In this document: positions 1 through 15,099 of the stretch, in pieces
Numbering within the stretch: position 1 is the first letter of the stretch
How the letters are laid out: every line of letters begins with the position of its first letter
Program-made: the position numbers and the translations under genes
Source: the human T2T-CHM13v2.0 reference genome, Homo sapiens
NCBI RefSeq assembly: GCF_009914755.1
Contig: NC_060927.1
DNA: 64,000 nucleotides
Reading direction: 5' to 3' (one strand)
Notes under the pieces: model-generated
What the model saw: only the letters and a program-made list of their open reading frames with translations
Told to the model about the DNA's origin: nothing
The model's database searches: none

Positions 1-1737
1 TAAGTCACATTACACATTTGAATCATAGGCCCTTATTACTTAAATATTTGTGTGTTTTATCCAATCTCAACTTATTTATACTTGTCTTGTTCTTTAGTCT
101 TTTTACATTATCTTTGTTTTATTATGTATTTTTGTGGAACCAGAAAAGTGATAAACTAGGATACCCTTAAAGGTCTCAGAATCTTAAACATTAGTTAACA
201 TCACTTTATTTTATTGATATATAATATTTTACATATTTAATGGTGTACATATCATATTTTGTAGCATACATAGAATGTGTAATGATCCAGTCAAGTTATT
301 TAGGGGTATCCATCTTGAGTATTTATTATTTCTACGTGTTGGGAACATTTCAAGTTCTCTCTTTTAGCTACTTTGAAATACATAGTAAATTGTTGCTAGC
401 TATGGTCACCCTACTCTGCTATACAACATTAGAATTTATGCCTTGTATCTAACAGTATTTTTGTACCCATTGACCAATCTCTCTTCATCTCTGCTTCTCT
501 CCTATCCACCATACTTTGCCTAGCCTCTGGTATCTGTCTACCTCACTGAGATCAACTTTTTTTTTTTTTCCGTTCCCACGAATGAGTGAGAACTGTGAAA
601 TTTGTCTTTCAGTGTCTGGCTTATTTTACTTAACATAATGACTCCAGTTCCATCCATGTTGCTGCAGATGACATACTTTTATTCTTTTTATGGCCAAATA
701 ATATTCCATTGTGCTTATATACCACACTTCCTTTATTCATTTGTCTGTTGATGGACTCCTAGGTTGATTCTGCATCTTCGCTGTTGTGAATAGTGCTGTA
801 GTAAACGTGTGAACGCACGTGTCCCTTTGATGTACTAATTTCTTCTCCTTTGGATAAATACCCAGTAGTGGGGTTGCTGGATTATATGGTAGTTCTATTT
901 TTAGTTTTTGGAGAAATCTCCACACTCTTTTCCAAGTGGCCATATAATTTATGTTCCCAAAGCAATGTATAAGAGTTCTGTTTTCTCTGCACCCTTGTCA
1001 GCATTTGTTATTGTCTTTTTCAATAATAGCCATTCTAACTTGGGTAAGATGATACCTAATTGTGATTTTTATTTGCATTTCTCTGATGATTAGTGACGTT
1101 GAACATTTTTTCATATGCTTCTTGGCCATTTGTATGTCTTCTTTTGAGAAATATCTGTTCATGTCCTTTGCTTATTAATGTGATGATGATGATGATTTAC
1201 TGTTGTGTGAGTTCTTTCTAGGTTCTGCATATTAGTCCCTTGTTGAATGAATAGTTTACAGTATATTCTGTCTTTCAGTAGGTTGTGTCTTCACTCTGTT
1301 GATTATTTCCTTTGCTGTGCAGAGTTTTTTGGTTTAATACAGTGCCATTTGTCTCTTTTTGTTTTTGTTTTCTGTGCATTTAAGGTCTTAGCATAAAATC
1401 TTTGCCTTGACCATTATCCTAAAGTGGTTTTTTATTGTTTTCTTCTACTTTTATAGTTTGGGATCTTATGTTTAAGCCTTTAATCCATCTTGAGTTAATT
1501 TTGCATAAAGGGAGAGAGATAGAGGTCCAGTTTCATTTTTCTACATATCGATATCCAATTTTCCCAGCACCATGTATTGAAGACTATGTCCTTTCCCCAG
1601 TGTTCGTTCTTGAAGCCTTCGTTGAAAATCAGTTGGCTGTAAATATGTGGATTTACTTTTGGATTCTCTGTTCTGTGCCATTGGTCTGTGTCTTTTTATA
1701 CTAAAACCATGCTGTTTGGGTTACTGTAGTCTTATAA

Positions 1738-2366
<629 letters not shown>

Positions 2367-3590
2367 TATTTTTTATATCTATTGTAAATGGGATTGCTTT
2401 CCTGATTTCTTTCTCAGCTAGTTTGTCATTGACATATAAAAATGAATCAGTACATGATTTTTATATGTCGATTTCGTATCCTGCAACTTTACTGAATTTG
2501 CTTATTAGCTCTAAGAGTTTTTTGGCAGAGTCTTTTGGTTTTTCCAAATATAAGATCAGGTGATATGCAAAGTGGGACAGTTTAGCTTTCTCTTTTTCAA
2601 TTTGGATGCCTTTTACTTTTGTCCTCTTACCTGATTGCTCTGGCTAGGATATCCAGTAGTATGTTGAATAGGAATGGTGAAAGTAGATATCCTTGTTTTC
2701 TAGTTCTTTGTGGAAAGGCTTTCAACTTTTCTTAATTCAGCATGATGTTAGCTCTGGGTTTGTCATATATGGCGTTTATTATTTTGAGGTGTGTTTTATG
2801 CATAGTCTGAGAGCTTTTATCATGAAGGGATCTTGCAAATTCAAGATTAAGTTCAAAATTAAAAAATCAAATGTTTTCTCCTTATTGAGATGATCATAGG
2901 GTTTTTGTCTTCATTTTCTTGAAGTGATGTATCATATTTATTGATTTGTGTCTGTCGAATCATCCTTGCTTCCCTGGTATAAACCCATTTCATCATGGTG
3001 TATTATCTTTTTGATGTACTGTTGGATTTTGTTGAGAAATTTTGCATCTGTGTTCATCAAGGATATTGGCTTTTAGCCAGTTGTAGTATCCTTGTCTAGT
3101 TTTGGTATCTGGGTAATGCCTCATAGAAAAAGTTAAGGAGAATTCCCTCCCCTTCAGTTGTTTGGAATAGTTTGAGGAGAATAGATGTGTGTTTTTCCTT
3201 GAAAGTTTGGTAAAATTTGACAGTGAAGCCATCAATTCCTGGACATTTTTTGTTGGGAGAACTTCTATTACTAATTCTGTATCATTACTCATTTATTGGT
3301 CTGTTCAGGTTTTTTTTTTTTTTAATTTATTCTTGATTCAATCTTGATAGGTTATGCTTATCCAGAAATTTATCAGTTTCCTGTAGGTTCTCTAGATAGT
3401 TGTTCGTAGTAGTCTCTGATGATCTTTTGTATTTCTGTGGTACTAATTTGTAGTGTCTTTGTTTTCATTTCTGATTATAGTTGGGTCTTTCTCTTTTTTC
3501 TTGGTTAGTCTAGGAAGTGCCTTATTGGTTTTTTTTTTTTTAAATCTTTTCAAAAGAACCAACTTTTTGTTTTTGTTTCATTGATTCTTG

Positions 3591-3592
<2 letters not shown>

Positions 3593-3634
<42 letters not shown>
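3593..3634. repeat. (GT)21 microsatellite
   Basis: Uninterrupted GT dinucleotide run. Confidence 0.97.
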
Positions 3635-3635
<1 letters not shown>

Positions 3636-5706
3636 GTCTCTTTCATTTAGTTCTGCTCTGATTTTCATGATTTCTTTGCTTCTGATTTGGGGTTTGGTTT
3701 GTTCTTTTCTAGCTCCTTGAGGTGCATTATTAGATTGCTTATTTGGAGTCTTTGTATTTTTTTTTTTATGTAGGTGTTGTTTATTGCTATAAACTTAGCA
3801 TGGTTTTTGCTGTTTCTTATAGGTTTGGGTATGTCATGTTTAGATTTTTGTTTGTTCCAAGAAATTTTTTTTATTTTCTCCTTTAAAATTTTTTCCTTCA
3901 CCCAGTGGCCATTTGGGAGCATGTTGTTTAAGTTCCATGTATTTGTACAGTTTTCAAGGTTCCTCTTGTTATTGATTTCTCATTTTATTTTGTTGTGGTC
4001 TGAGAAGATACTTGATATTGTTTCTTTTTTAATTCGTTAAGACTTGTTTTGTTTTCTATTGTATGGTCTATCCTGGAGAATGTTTCTTGTGCTAATCAGA
4101 ATAATGTGTATTCTGTAGCTGTTGAATGAAATGTTCATGTCAAGTACATTTTGTCTAATGTGCAGTTTAAATCCAGTGTTTCTTTGGTAACTTTGTCTAC
4201 ATGATCTATCTGATGGTGAGAGTGGATTGTTAAAAGTCCCCAACTATTATTGTATTGGAATATATCTCTTCCATTAAATCTAGTAATATTTGCTTTATAT
4301 ATCTGGGTGTTCCAGTGTTGGGTGCGTATATGTTTAGAATTGTTATTTCTTCTAGTTGAATCCACTTATCATTATATAATTACCTTCTTTGTCTCTTTTT
4401 ACTGTTTTTTGACTTAAAGCCTGCTTTATCTAAGTGTAGGTACTCGTGCTCACTTTTGGTTTCCATTTGCATTGAATATCTGAATTTATTTCCCTTTACT
4501 TTCAGTCTATATGTGTCTTCACAGGTGAGATAAGTTTCTTGTAGGCAGCATATAGTTGGGTCTTTTATTTTTTTAATTCATTCAGCCAGTGTATATCTTT
4601 TAAGTGGAAAGTTTAATCCATTTACATTCAGGATTATTATTAATATGTGGGGGTTTATTCCTGTCATTTTATTAATTGATTTCTGGTTATTTTGTTCTGT
4701 TCTTTCTCTCATAATTTATCTTTGTGGTTTGGTGGTTTTCTGTAGTAGTGGTAACATTTGAGTCTTTTCTTTGTATGTGTGTTGCTTTGCCAGTGGTTTT
4801 TATATTTTTGTGTGTTTTCATGGTAGTAGATATTGTCCTTTCACTTCCAGATTAAGTACTCCCTTGAGCATTTCTTGTAGGCTAGTGTAGTGATTATGAA
4901 TTTCCTTAGCTTTTGCTTGTCTGGAAAATATTTTATTTCTCCTTCATTTATGAAGGATAATTTGCTGGATATAGTATCATTAGCAATTTTTTTTTCTTTC
5001 AGCACTTTCAATACATTATCCCTTTCTTTCCTGGCCTATAAGTTTCTGCTAAGAAATCTTTTATTAGTCTTATGGGGGTTTCTTTATAAGTGACTAGACT
5101 CTTTTCTCTTGCTGTTTGTGGAATTCTCTCCTTATGTTTGACTTTTGACAGTTTGACTGTAATGTATTGTGGATAGAACATTTTGCATTGTATCTGTTTG
5201 CAGATTTCTGAGCCTTGTGTCTCTGGATGTCCAAATCTCTTGCTAGACTTGGGAAGTTTTCATCTATTACTTTGTTACATAGGCTTTTAAAATCTTTTGT
5301 TTTCTCTTCACCTTCTAGGACACTGAAAATTTTAATATTTGTTCACTTTCTGTTGTCTTTTATGAAGACTTTGTTCATGTTTTTAAAATTTATTTCTTTA
5401 TTTTTGTCTGACTAGGTTATTTCAAAAGACTTGTCTAAGTTCTGAGAGTTTTCTTCTGCCCCATCTAGTCTGTCATTGAAGGTTTCATATATATTTTTTA
5501 TTTCATTCAATGAATTCTTATGTTCTAGAATTTCTGTTTGGTTCTTTTTTATGATATCTACCTCTTGAGTAAATTTCTCATTCATATCCTGAATTGTTTT
5601 TCTGATTTCTTTATATTGTTTTTCAGAATTCTCTTGTATCCTACTGAGTTTTTTTAGAATAAATAATTTGAGTTCTTTTTCTGGGATTTTGTGAATTTCT
5701 TTTTTT

Positions 5707-6077
5707 TTCAAAATTTTTTATTTTTTAAAAAAATTTTATGGGTACATGATAAGTATGTATATTTATGGGATACGTGAGATATTTTGATATAGACTTACAA
5801 TGTGAAATAAGCACATCATGGAGAATGGGGTATCTGTCCCCTCAAGCATTTATCATTTAAGTTACAAACAATCCAATTACATTCTTTTTTTTAAAATATA
5901 CAGTTAGGTTATTATTGACCATAGTCACCCTATTGTGCTATCAAATAGGTCTTATTCATTCGTGCTGGAATTTTTTTGTGTGTGCCCATTTAACCATCCC
6001 CACCTCCCCACCAAACCCCCAACTACTCTTCCCAGCCCCTGTTAACCATCTTTCTACTCCCTGTGTCCATGAGTTTG
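5707..6077 (-). mobile_element. 5'-truncated L1MA 3'-UTR fragment inserted into ORF1 of the host L1
   Basis: L1MA 3' end text (atgggtacat...ggagaatggggtatc). Flanking direct repeat ttgtgaattt(c/a)ttttttt starts at 5689 and at 6078. Confidence 0.85.
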
Positions 6078-7768
6078 TTGTGAATTTATTTTTTTGATTG
6101 GGATCTGTTGCTGGATAATTACTGTGTTCTTTTGGAGGTGTATCATATTTTCTTTTTTATGTTTCCTGTGTTTTTACTTTGGTATCTGCACATCTGGTGT
6201 AATGGCATTTTTTGACATTGCTTTTGTTGGAGAGAATTTTTTCCTGAAGATATATGTATGGTGTTGGTTGGATATGGCACTTTGGTATTGATTCTGTGTG
6301 TGTGTGGTAGTGTGTAGTCTCCATATGATTTTCTTTTTTTCTGTAAACAGCATTAGTGTGTCTGTGATTTCCCCAGGGGCTTAAGATGTGGTTGTTAGTG
6401 GAGGCTGTGGTGAAGTTTTGATGGGGTCAGGGATACCAGGTGTAACAGTCTTTTGGACCCAGTGGTGGCAGCAGTGAACTGAGCATCCCCTCAGTGTTTT
6501 GGCCCGAGGGCAGCTTATGCCAGTGACAGCGTTCGTGCATCCAGGCTGATTTTAGGCCTCCAGGTGGCCTGCTTAGGTGCTGGGATTCCAGTGGTGGGTC
6601 ATGCAGGGGAGGGCAGCTTCTCGAGCCCCTGGGCAGCAGGTGTAGCATGGGTGATTGCAGTAGCAGCGGTGGACAACTCCCTGGAACCTAAGTGTCTGTG
6701 CTGGTATTGTGGTGGCTGCAATGAGTTGTGTGGGCTGGTCCCCAGACCTGCAGGTGATGCATGAGTATGGGTCCTAGCTCTGCTGGTAGTGGCAGGTTAA
6801 GTGGGCCTGACCTCAGACCCTGGGAGTAGTGTTCAGGTGTCACTGGTGGTGGACTTAGTGAGGTGATCACCAGAGATCATCCACACCTTGGATTGTGTGT
6901 TTGGGTACTTGCTTTGGTGGGGGTATGGAGCTAGCTGGGTGGACCGGCTGGCAGTGGTAGGCAAGGGAGGGGTGATCCCCAGTTTGTGGGTGGAATGCTC
7001 AGGAGGGGCCAGCAGCAACTGCATTGCAACCCTGCTCTACTAGGGAAGGTGGGGTTGCTTTCCTTCAGAGTAGCTGTAGGCTGGCAACTTGGGGGCGGGG
7101 CATGGGTTTCCTGCCTTGGCTCTGCAGCAGCCTGCAGCCCTCAAGTGGCTGTAAGCAATGGAATTTGTCCTTAGCGCAGGTAAAAATTCACAGTCGCCCT
7201 CTGCTGGGGTGGGCAGTATCGCTGCCTTGTAGTGGCCCTGGCAGCAGGATGCAGTTTAATGGGGCCTGTGTTCTCAAAATGGCACCATGTTGTAGCTGCT
7301 TAGGTTCGAGTGATTCGTGGGATCCAGCATGAGCTGTCTCTCTGGAGCAGTGCTTTCGCGTGGACTTCAGGCAGCTCCCTGTTAGTCTTGGGACCTGAGA
7401 GGGTCAAGGAGCTCTCCTGTGGCTAGGATTTTAGGAGTCCTAGTGGTTCCAGTGGGAATGTAGACCTTAGGGGGTCTCTCACCCTTTTTCTGCATTATAA
7501 GCCACTCCAGCCTCCTACCTGATCCCAGCCGAACAGGCTTGTTTCCCTCTTTTTCCTTGCTTTTGATGCTTCCCATCACTACTCTCTTGAATTTCATTGT
7601 TCTCTCTCAGGTGATCTTTTTTACTCGCTATTGTGGTTCCTCTCCATAGATGAGACAAGTACCAGATACATTTAGTCAACTATCTTCAGCATTGATTTTT
7701 ATTGGTTTTGATTGCTTATCTAAACTAGTAGAGCAAATTATTTTAGTATGCATGGTGAGTGCCTTTAA

Positions 7769-8200
7769 CATTCAGTCATTTAACAAATATTTATTGTGTG
7801 ATAACTATGTGCCAGACACAGTACTAAGCATTTGGGATATATACAAGGATCTTTGTTGTGATGGAGCTTATTTTTCAGATAGGCAAGCAAACAAGTAAAT
7901 AAAAAGATCAAGATAATTTTAGTTAGTGATAAAGGCTATTAAAAAAGTAATATGCTAACTAGTGTTTGATGTGTTTGTAGACCATGGCTATGGGGCCACT
8001 ACTGTAGATTGAGAAGTGAAAGAAGGCCTTTCTGAGATAATATTTGAACTAAAATCAGAATGACAAGGAATTAGGGCCCTGCAAAGATCTGGGTTAAGAG
8101 CATTCCTCTTAGCAGATAAAAAGTTGATATGTTGAAGGAACAGATATAATGCCCCTGTGGCCAGGATAGAGTTAGAAAAGTGGTGTGAATAGTGTTAGGA
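7769..8200 (-). mobile_element. L2 3' fragment
   Basis: cattcagtcatttaacaaatatttattg...tatgtgccagacacagtactaagc, typical L2 tail. Confidence 0.7.
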
Positions 8201-8258
8201 TAGAGCCAGAACAAGTGCTGAAATTGGTAATTGTGGAAATTAGACCCTTATTCAGACG

Positions 8259-8383
8259 TTTTTTTTGAGATGGAGTCTTGCTCTGTCACCCAGGCTGGAG
8301 TGTAGTGGGCGCGATCTTGGCTCACTGCAACCTCCACCTCCCGGGTTCAAGCAATTCTTCTGCCTCAGCCTCCCGAGTAGCTG
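8259..8383 (-). mobile_element. AluS right-arm fragment
   Basis: tttgagatggagtcttgctctgtcacccaggctggag...gcctcccgagtagctg, then ends abruptly. Confidence 0.9.
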
Positions 8384-8849
8384 ACTGCAGCAGGTGTTTT
8401 CCGTTTCTGTATACAATACTAAATGGTTCTGTGAGTGACTGTTGATGAAAGACTTCAGAGGCCAGAACATGAACCGGGACCCAAACAGCATTGAATATCA
8501 AGTATACGGGAGTATTCCCTGAATGAAAATTTAATTAAACCAGTTACACTATTTTAGTGCCCTCTATCTGAATAGTATATTTCTATATAAAAAAAATAGT
8601 TTACCTTAGTAAAGTGGGAATGTTTAAACATTTCACATCATTTACAACCTCACACTGGCACTAAATCACTTTGCTCGGGCGACAGTTGTGTAAAAATGCT
8701 TTAAAATTGGGTCATATATAAAATAGTTCAGAGGAGCTTTAACACATATTTTATTAACTTTACTATATATACCAGGCACCGTCCTTGGTGCTAGGAGTTG
8801 GAAGATTGATTCCTTCATATTTGCCCAGAGGCAAAATGATGTGAAATAG

Positions 8850-9040
8850 ACCCCTGGCTTTGCTGCTTTGACTTGTCTAACCTTGAGTAAGAGCAGGTTA
8901 CTTAACCTCTTTGTGCTTCCATCTTCTCATCTGTAAATAGGGAATGACAATAATATACATCTCAATAAGTTGTCATAAAGATCAAATTATTAATAACAAA
9001 GGTATTTAAGGCATAATAACCACTCATAAAATGTTAACGA
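8850..9040 (+). mobile_element. MIR
   Basis: MIR core ttacttaacctctttgtgcttccatcttctcatctgtaaatagggaatgacaata. Confidence 0.75.
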
Positions 9041-10719
9041 TTTATTGATTTTGTTGTTTTCATTATTCTCTTAGGCTGGGGGTTTCTTTTCTCAAGGACC
9101 TTCCAATCCAGTGGAGGAGACAAATCTGTAAATCAATGCTATTTCGTATATTAGATTGGAAAAGGTAGAATGCAAGGTGCAAAGTTCATCAGGGTTACGT
9201 ATAAAGGAAGGATTGCCAATAAAAAGTAAAATGAGATTTTTTAATTTCAGTGAAAGAAGAGAAACAATCATACTTTAAATTCCTGGGGGATTAGAAAGTA
9301 CCTGATGACCAGAAAGAGGAAGAGATTCCGAACCAATTGTTAAACTTTAAATCCCATAAATAATTTATTCAAATCAAAATACCAATATATAATAATTATG
9401 GTGATAATAATGGAAGTTCTGTATCTCTTGGAAGATGTTGCAAATAATGGACAATAGAAACAATAGGCTTAACCTTTTAACATGCCTGCCTGTCTTCTTT
9501 CCTTCCTTGCATTCTCTCATTCTTTCTTTTTCATGAGAAATTGGTACTTTGCTTTCTCTCAGATTAGTTGTTGATCCATGTATAACGTGTATTACAAAGA
9601 TGAACTGGCCTTTTTAGACCAAATAGAAATTCCTGTTTCTTGTTTTTATATCTCAGAGTTGTAAAAGCAGGAAGGAAAAATTATGTGAGAACAAATGCTT
9701 TTCCATTTCTTCATTCTTTTTGTTACACTTAGTATTCAAATGATAGCAGGCAGACATTATATTTCTCATTGGACAATCTCCCAAGTAGTTGTGTAACATT
9801 ATGTGACAAACTTGGCTGTGATCAGAGGAGGGATTGAGATAAAATAAGCATTTGTTGGTTGAAAGAGGAAGGAGGTGTTGTACATTTTTTTGATAATGAA
9901 GTGTACACATACTTACTCATAACCTTGTAAGAACTAAACTTCGGAGAAGTAAAGATGACAAATTATAGCTTACTGAGAAGAGTTCAGTTATCTGAAGATT
10001 GACAGTGGTTGAATTGGTTAATATAAGAAGTATGAGAAAGGTGCCAAAAAGGAGAGAAATGTGAGCTAGAGATAGGGACTACTTGGCTTTGTTTCTTTGT
10101 GATAGTCACACTTATTGGAGGATTTGTTTGGTAAAACCAACAATTATGTATGACCCTTGTAAGGTGGTGAGTGAGGATGGTTGTTACTGGTCAAGCAGTA
10201 CTTAATAAAGGTTTCTGGCCATGATTTTTTAAGACATACCTATACCAAAGAATTGAAATCTGAAATGGTACAGTCAGACATATATTAGACTTCTCTGTCC
10301 TTTTATTTCCAAAGTAACTTTAGAAAGGGCATAAGCTTTAAGGTTCAAAGTTGCATCTTAACAGATCTTAAGAGAACTACACCAGTGGTTTTTGTTTTAG
10401 ATATTTTAAACATATATAGATATAGATCTATAGATACGCATGCCATTGTTTTCAAATACTTGTTTAGCATTTGAATCCTTTCTTCAAATGAGTTTGTACA
10501 AAAGCCCCATATATAAATAGACAAATAGGTAAGGTTATATAAGATGGTACCATATGTCATTCAAAACTGTGTGTCCATTCTGGTACCCCACTCTTGTCTG
10601 GAATCCCTGAGATACTGGGAACAGTTTGAAATCTTTAAGGTTCGCAGTGCCCAGAAGGTGATACAAATGATTTACCTGCATTAATTGCCCTGTTGCTGTT
10701 TGGAATCACCTTGTGATCA

Positions 10720-10915
10720 TGCTTAAGAATGTGGGCACCAGAGTCAAAGCTACCTTGATCAAATCCCATCTTGACCACTTCATGGCTGTGTGACTTTGGA
10801 CAACTTATGTTACATATTGTGCCTTAGTCTAATCATATGTGTAGTGTCCTGCCGCAAAGGAGTGTGTATGTGTGTGATGATTAAATGAAAAATAGGATCA
10901 TAGTGTCTGACATGT
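10720..10915 (+). mobile_element. MIR
   Basis: tcaaatccc...ccacttcatggctgtgtgactttggacaactta. Confidence 0.65.
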
Positions 10916-11009
10916 TTTTTTAAAACAATAATTGTGCAGAAGTAGTGTACACAACATAAATTACCACTCCCCTTCTTGAACATCTTTTTCTTCCTTCAGC
11001 ACACCATTT

Positions 11010-11365
11010 CTCCACCTCAAGGCCTTTGCACTTGATAGTTTCTTTGCCTAGGACAGCTCTTTAACTCTTTGAATTGCTGGTTACCCCCATCCTTAAAGAC
11101 TTCACAGATGTTTTAAGATAGGACCTCATTTATACCCTGCTTACAGCAATCTCTACCCCTTCCTCCTTCCCTTCTTCCCATTTTACTCTTTTATTTATCT
11201 GAATCTTTTCTCCTCTACTCCCCCCAGCTCTTGTTTCAAACTGTAATTACCTGGTTTGTGTTTATTGTATTTAAGTTCCAAAAGAGCAGAATTTGCCTGT
11301 CTTTCCAGTGCTCTATTTCCAGTGCCTAACAGAAACCTGGTACACTATGGTTGCTCAAGGAGTTT
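11010..11365 (+). mobile_element. L2 3' fragment
   Basis: ctcaaggcctttgcacttg ... ccagtgcctaacagaaacctggtacac...gctcaa. Confidence 0.6.
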
Positions 11366-12146
11366 TTTGAAAACATGATTATTACCTTGTAAAAATGAAA
11401 ACAAATCAATGTCAGATATAGAATAACCACCTTTAGAGGCACATTTTTCTAATATCTTGTCATGCAAGACTTCCTGGGATTCTCTTAAAGCTGTGCTGTC
11501 AAACTGTCATTATGCTCTCTCTATCCATGGGAGACAACCCTGAGCCCTCACTTGGAGTCTATGTGTGGTTATTTTGATAGATAGAAACTTTAGTTAACCT
11601 GTTTCTCAACTCAGAGCAAATTAGGACCCTGGCTTTGCCTGGCCTTAAGGGGGCACTGTGTTGAAATGTAATACTTGGTACAGTGCTCCACCTCGCTGCC
11701 TTTTGCTGCACCTCTTTACCCTCCTTTACTACTAATATTTGCTGTTCTTTTATCACCATCATTGATCAAAGCTTCTTTCCTCCCTTTTCTTATTTTCTTT
11801 CTGTTCCTGATTGATTCTTTTCTGTTTGTTGGATTTAATTTGCAAAGGTTAAACTAAACCAGATTTGTGTTGTCTTGTTAAAATTACATTTGTGAACTGA
11901 ACATTTTTGGAATGTGGGACATGTTTGTCGCTCATTGTGGCCACAGCATTATGGCTAACAATATATTGTTCTTCCACTTAATTTATTCTTAGGCATTTCT
12001 AATTATTAATATTTCTTTCTGATACGGTGTCACTTTTAATGAGGACTGAAAATGTTAATTAAACATACGAAACCCTTTGCCACCTCAAAATTTGTTTTGA
12101 AGATATAAAAGCCTTAGGTTAATTTTAAGGCTGAGATATAATTTTT

Positions 12147-13095
12147 AATTTTTTATAATTATGGGTACATAATAGATTTATCTATTTATGGGTTATATGT
12201 GATGTTTTGGTACAGGCATACAATGTGTAGAAGTCAAATCCAGGTAATTGGCATAGTCATCACCTCACGCATTTATCATTTCTTTGTTTTAGAAACATTT
12301 CAATTCCAATCTTTTAGTTATTTTAAAATATGTGCTAAATTATTTGTTGTGCTATCAAATACCAGATCTTTTTTCTTAAATACTAGATCTTATTCATCCT
12401 AAGTATATTTTTGTATCCGTTACCCCTCCCCACATTTTGCCCCCCTCTCTACCACCCTTCCCAGCCTCTGGTAATCATCATTCTGCTCTCTATCTCCATG
12501 AGTTCAATTGTGTTAATTTTTAGCTCTCACATATGAGATATAACATGTAAAATTCGTCCTTCCATGCCTGGCTTATTTTACTTAACATAATGACCTCTCC
12601 AGTTCCATCCATGTTGTTGTAAATGACTGAGTCTCATTCTTTTCTTTATGGCTAAATAGTACTTTATTGAATACAAGTACCACATTTTCTTTATTCATTC
12701 ATCTGATGATAGACACTTAGGTTGCTTCCAAATCTTGGCTATTATGAATAATGCTGCAATAAACATGAGAGTGCAGGTGTCTCTTTGGTACACTGATTTT
12801 CTTTCTTTGGATATGTACCAAGCAGTGGGATTGCTGGATTATATGGTAGTTCTATTTGTTTTCTTGAGGAACCTCCATACTGTTCTTCGTAGTGGCTGTG
12901 CTAATTTACATTTCCACCAACAGTATAGGACTGTTCCCCCTTCCCCACATCTTAACCAGCATTTGTTACTGCCTGTCTTTTGAATACAAACCATTTTAAC
13001 TGAGGTGAGATGTTATCTGATTATAGTTTTGATTTGCATTTTTCTGATGACTAATGATGTTGAACATCTTTTCATATACCTGTTGGCCATTTATA
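12147..13095 (-). mobile_element. 5'-truncated L1MA with 14-bp TSD
   Basis: L1MA 3' UTR and ORF2 end; TSD GAGATATAATTTTT at 12133-12146 and 13096-13109. Confidence 0.9.
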
Positions 13096-13430
13096 GAGAT
13101 ATAATTTTTTTTAACCTAAGATTAAAAGTATATTGTGGTATTTTGCTTCAGGACATAATCATGAGATTTCTTTGTTGTTGTTTTGAGTGTAAATTAGGTG
13201 TTTCAATATAAGATGAAATAAATCTGAAACCAAATGTATCAAATGATTGGATCTCTGACAAGATCTATGGAAGGAAAATGCAAAGGCAGCTCCTTGTGAC
13301 TTCCCCTTTTTATTTGTAAAAGCCCTGGTTTACAAATAGGTTGATATTCCTAGTGTTTGTTTATGTAAGGAAATAATGCAGTATTTACTGGATACACCTA
13401 CCAGCTCATAAAGTTCTATTTAAGCTGAGT

Positions 13431-13734
13431 TTTCTTTTCTTTACTTTCTTTCTTTCTTTTTGTTTCTTTTAAAGACGGGATCTTGCTCTGTAACCCAGGC
13501 TGGAGAACAGTGGTGCGATTATAGCTCACTGCAGCCTCAAACTTCTGGGCTCAAGTGATCCGCCTGCCTTAGCCTCCTGAGTTGTTGGACTACAGGCATG
13601 TGCCACCATGCCTGGCTAATTAAAAAACTTTTTTTTCTTTCCCCAAGCTGTTCTCGAACTCCTGGGCTCAAGCAATCCTCCTGCCTCAGGCTCCCAAGTA
13701 GCTGAGTTTACAGACCTAAGCCACTACATCGGCC
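13431..13734 (-). mobile_element. AluJ
   Basis: AluJ-type atagctcactgcagcctcaaacttctgggctcaag. Confidence 0.9.
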
Positions 13735-15099
13735 ATATGCTTTAATGTTTTTGAATACCGTATTGTACTAACTGTGCTAGAACCCAAAAAACATAACCAT
13801 TTTTTTCCATAAATTGAATTCCAAAATTTAATATCTTCTTGCTACCTTAGGAGACGGTCTCTTTTTCCCTAAATGCCCCTTGCAGAAAAAGTTCATTAGC
13901 TCTAAAAATCAGGTTAAGAGAAGTTGGAGGAGGTGTGTTTTTGTTTTTGTTGTTAACTTTTATGAAAATTTCAAATAAACCAAAAGTAAAAGACCATAAT
14001 GAATTAAACTACCACCAAATATACTTAGCAATTTTTTGTCACACTTGCTTCAAAACAGATTCTTTTATTATAGTTAAAATAGTAAAACTTGCATTGACAG
14101 TATTAAAAGAAGGAGGATATATGTGAGATTGGACATCGTTTTTTACTCCTTGATTTCTCTTTTATTTTTATTTTGGTGACTGCTAATTTTTAAAACATTA
14201 TTTCTAAGCCAGTTCACCTAGCTTTATTGGGGGAAAACTATAATTGTGTGTGAGAGTATGTGTGAGTGTGTGAAATTTTCCATAATAGAGTTTGCATATA
14301 TATGTATTATGTTACTCATATGTGTCATTATGTATGTAAATCATATAAATTTTATAAGTACATATTTATAAATATATGTATAGATAATAAGCTATATCTA
14401 CGTATATATACCCTTCATTATGGAAAATTTCAAACATACAGCAAAGTAGAGCTAATACTGTAATGAACCTCCATGAATACATCACTCAGCTTCAACAGTT
14501 TTCAGTTTATGATTCATCTATAACACTCTCCTTTCAGCTATTTAAATATTTAAAAAAATATGTAAGTAGGGCATGCCAAAATTGAAGACTACCTTTGTAC
14601 ATACAGGTGTTTGAGTTTAATGAAGAAGGGAATAGAAGACAAAAATTAAAGTAAGTGTTGATACTAGTATGCTAAAAAGGAGTAATTAGCTAAGCAAGCA
14701 TTAATTGAACCTCATGAGTGAACTGCCAGGAACTATGAGATAACTCCAAGATACAAAAATTACTAAGAAAATGTAGTTCATTGTGAGGTGAACTTCAGTA
14801 GAGGTTTCAACATGTTTTAAGAGCAGAAATTAAGGTAGACTGGGAGGAGGAGGATGAAACATTAGAGAAGACTTCTTATAAAATGATTAGGAACTTCAGG
14901 TCTGAGATGATCGTATGAAGAAGTGAGAATAAAGTACTTGGCTATGGCACGTTTCTATGTAGACAGAGCCAAGGGCTGAGGAAAAGACCATGCTGAAACA
15001 TCTCAAAAAGCAGGTGTGATAAATACATTCAGTTTTTAGTTATCTAAAAATGGAATGGAAAAGAGTAGTTATAGGATCAATATGGTCAATCCAAGTACC

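Noticed and set aside
5412-5711. 99-aa coiled-coil ORF
   Set aside because: It is an L1 ORF1 fragment cut by a nested insertion, not an independent gene. The same applies to 37954..38166.
6940-7215. G-rich runs suggesting a G-quadruplex or CpG-island promoter
   Set aside because: I see no compact four-run G3 motif and few CpGs; the L1 5' UTR explains the composition.
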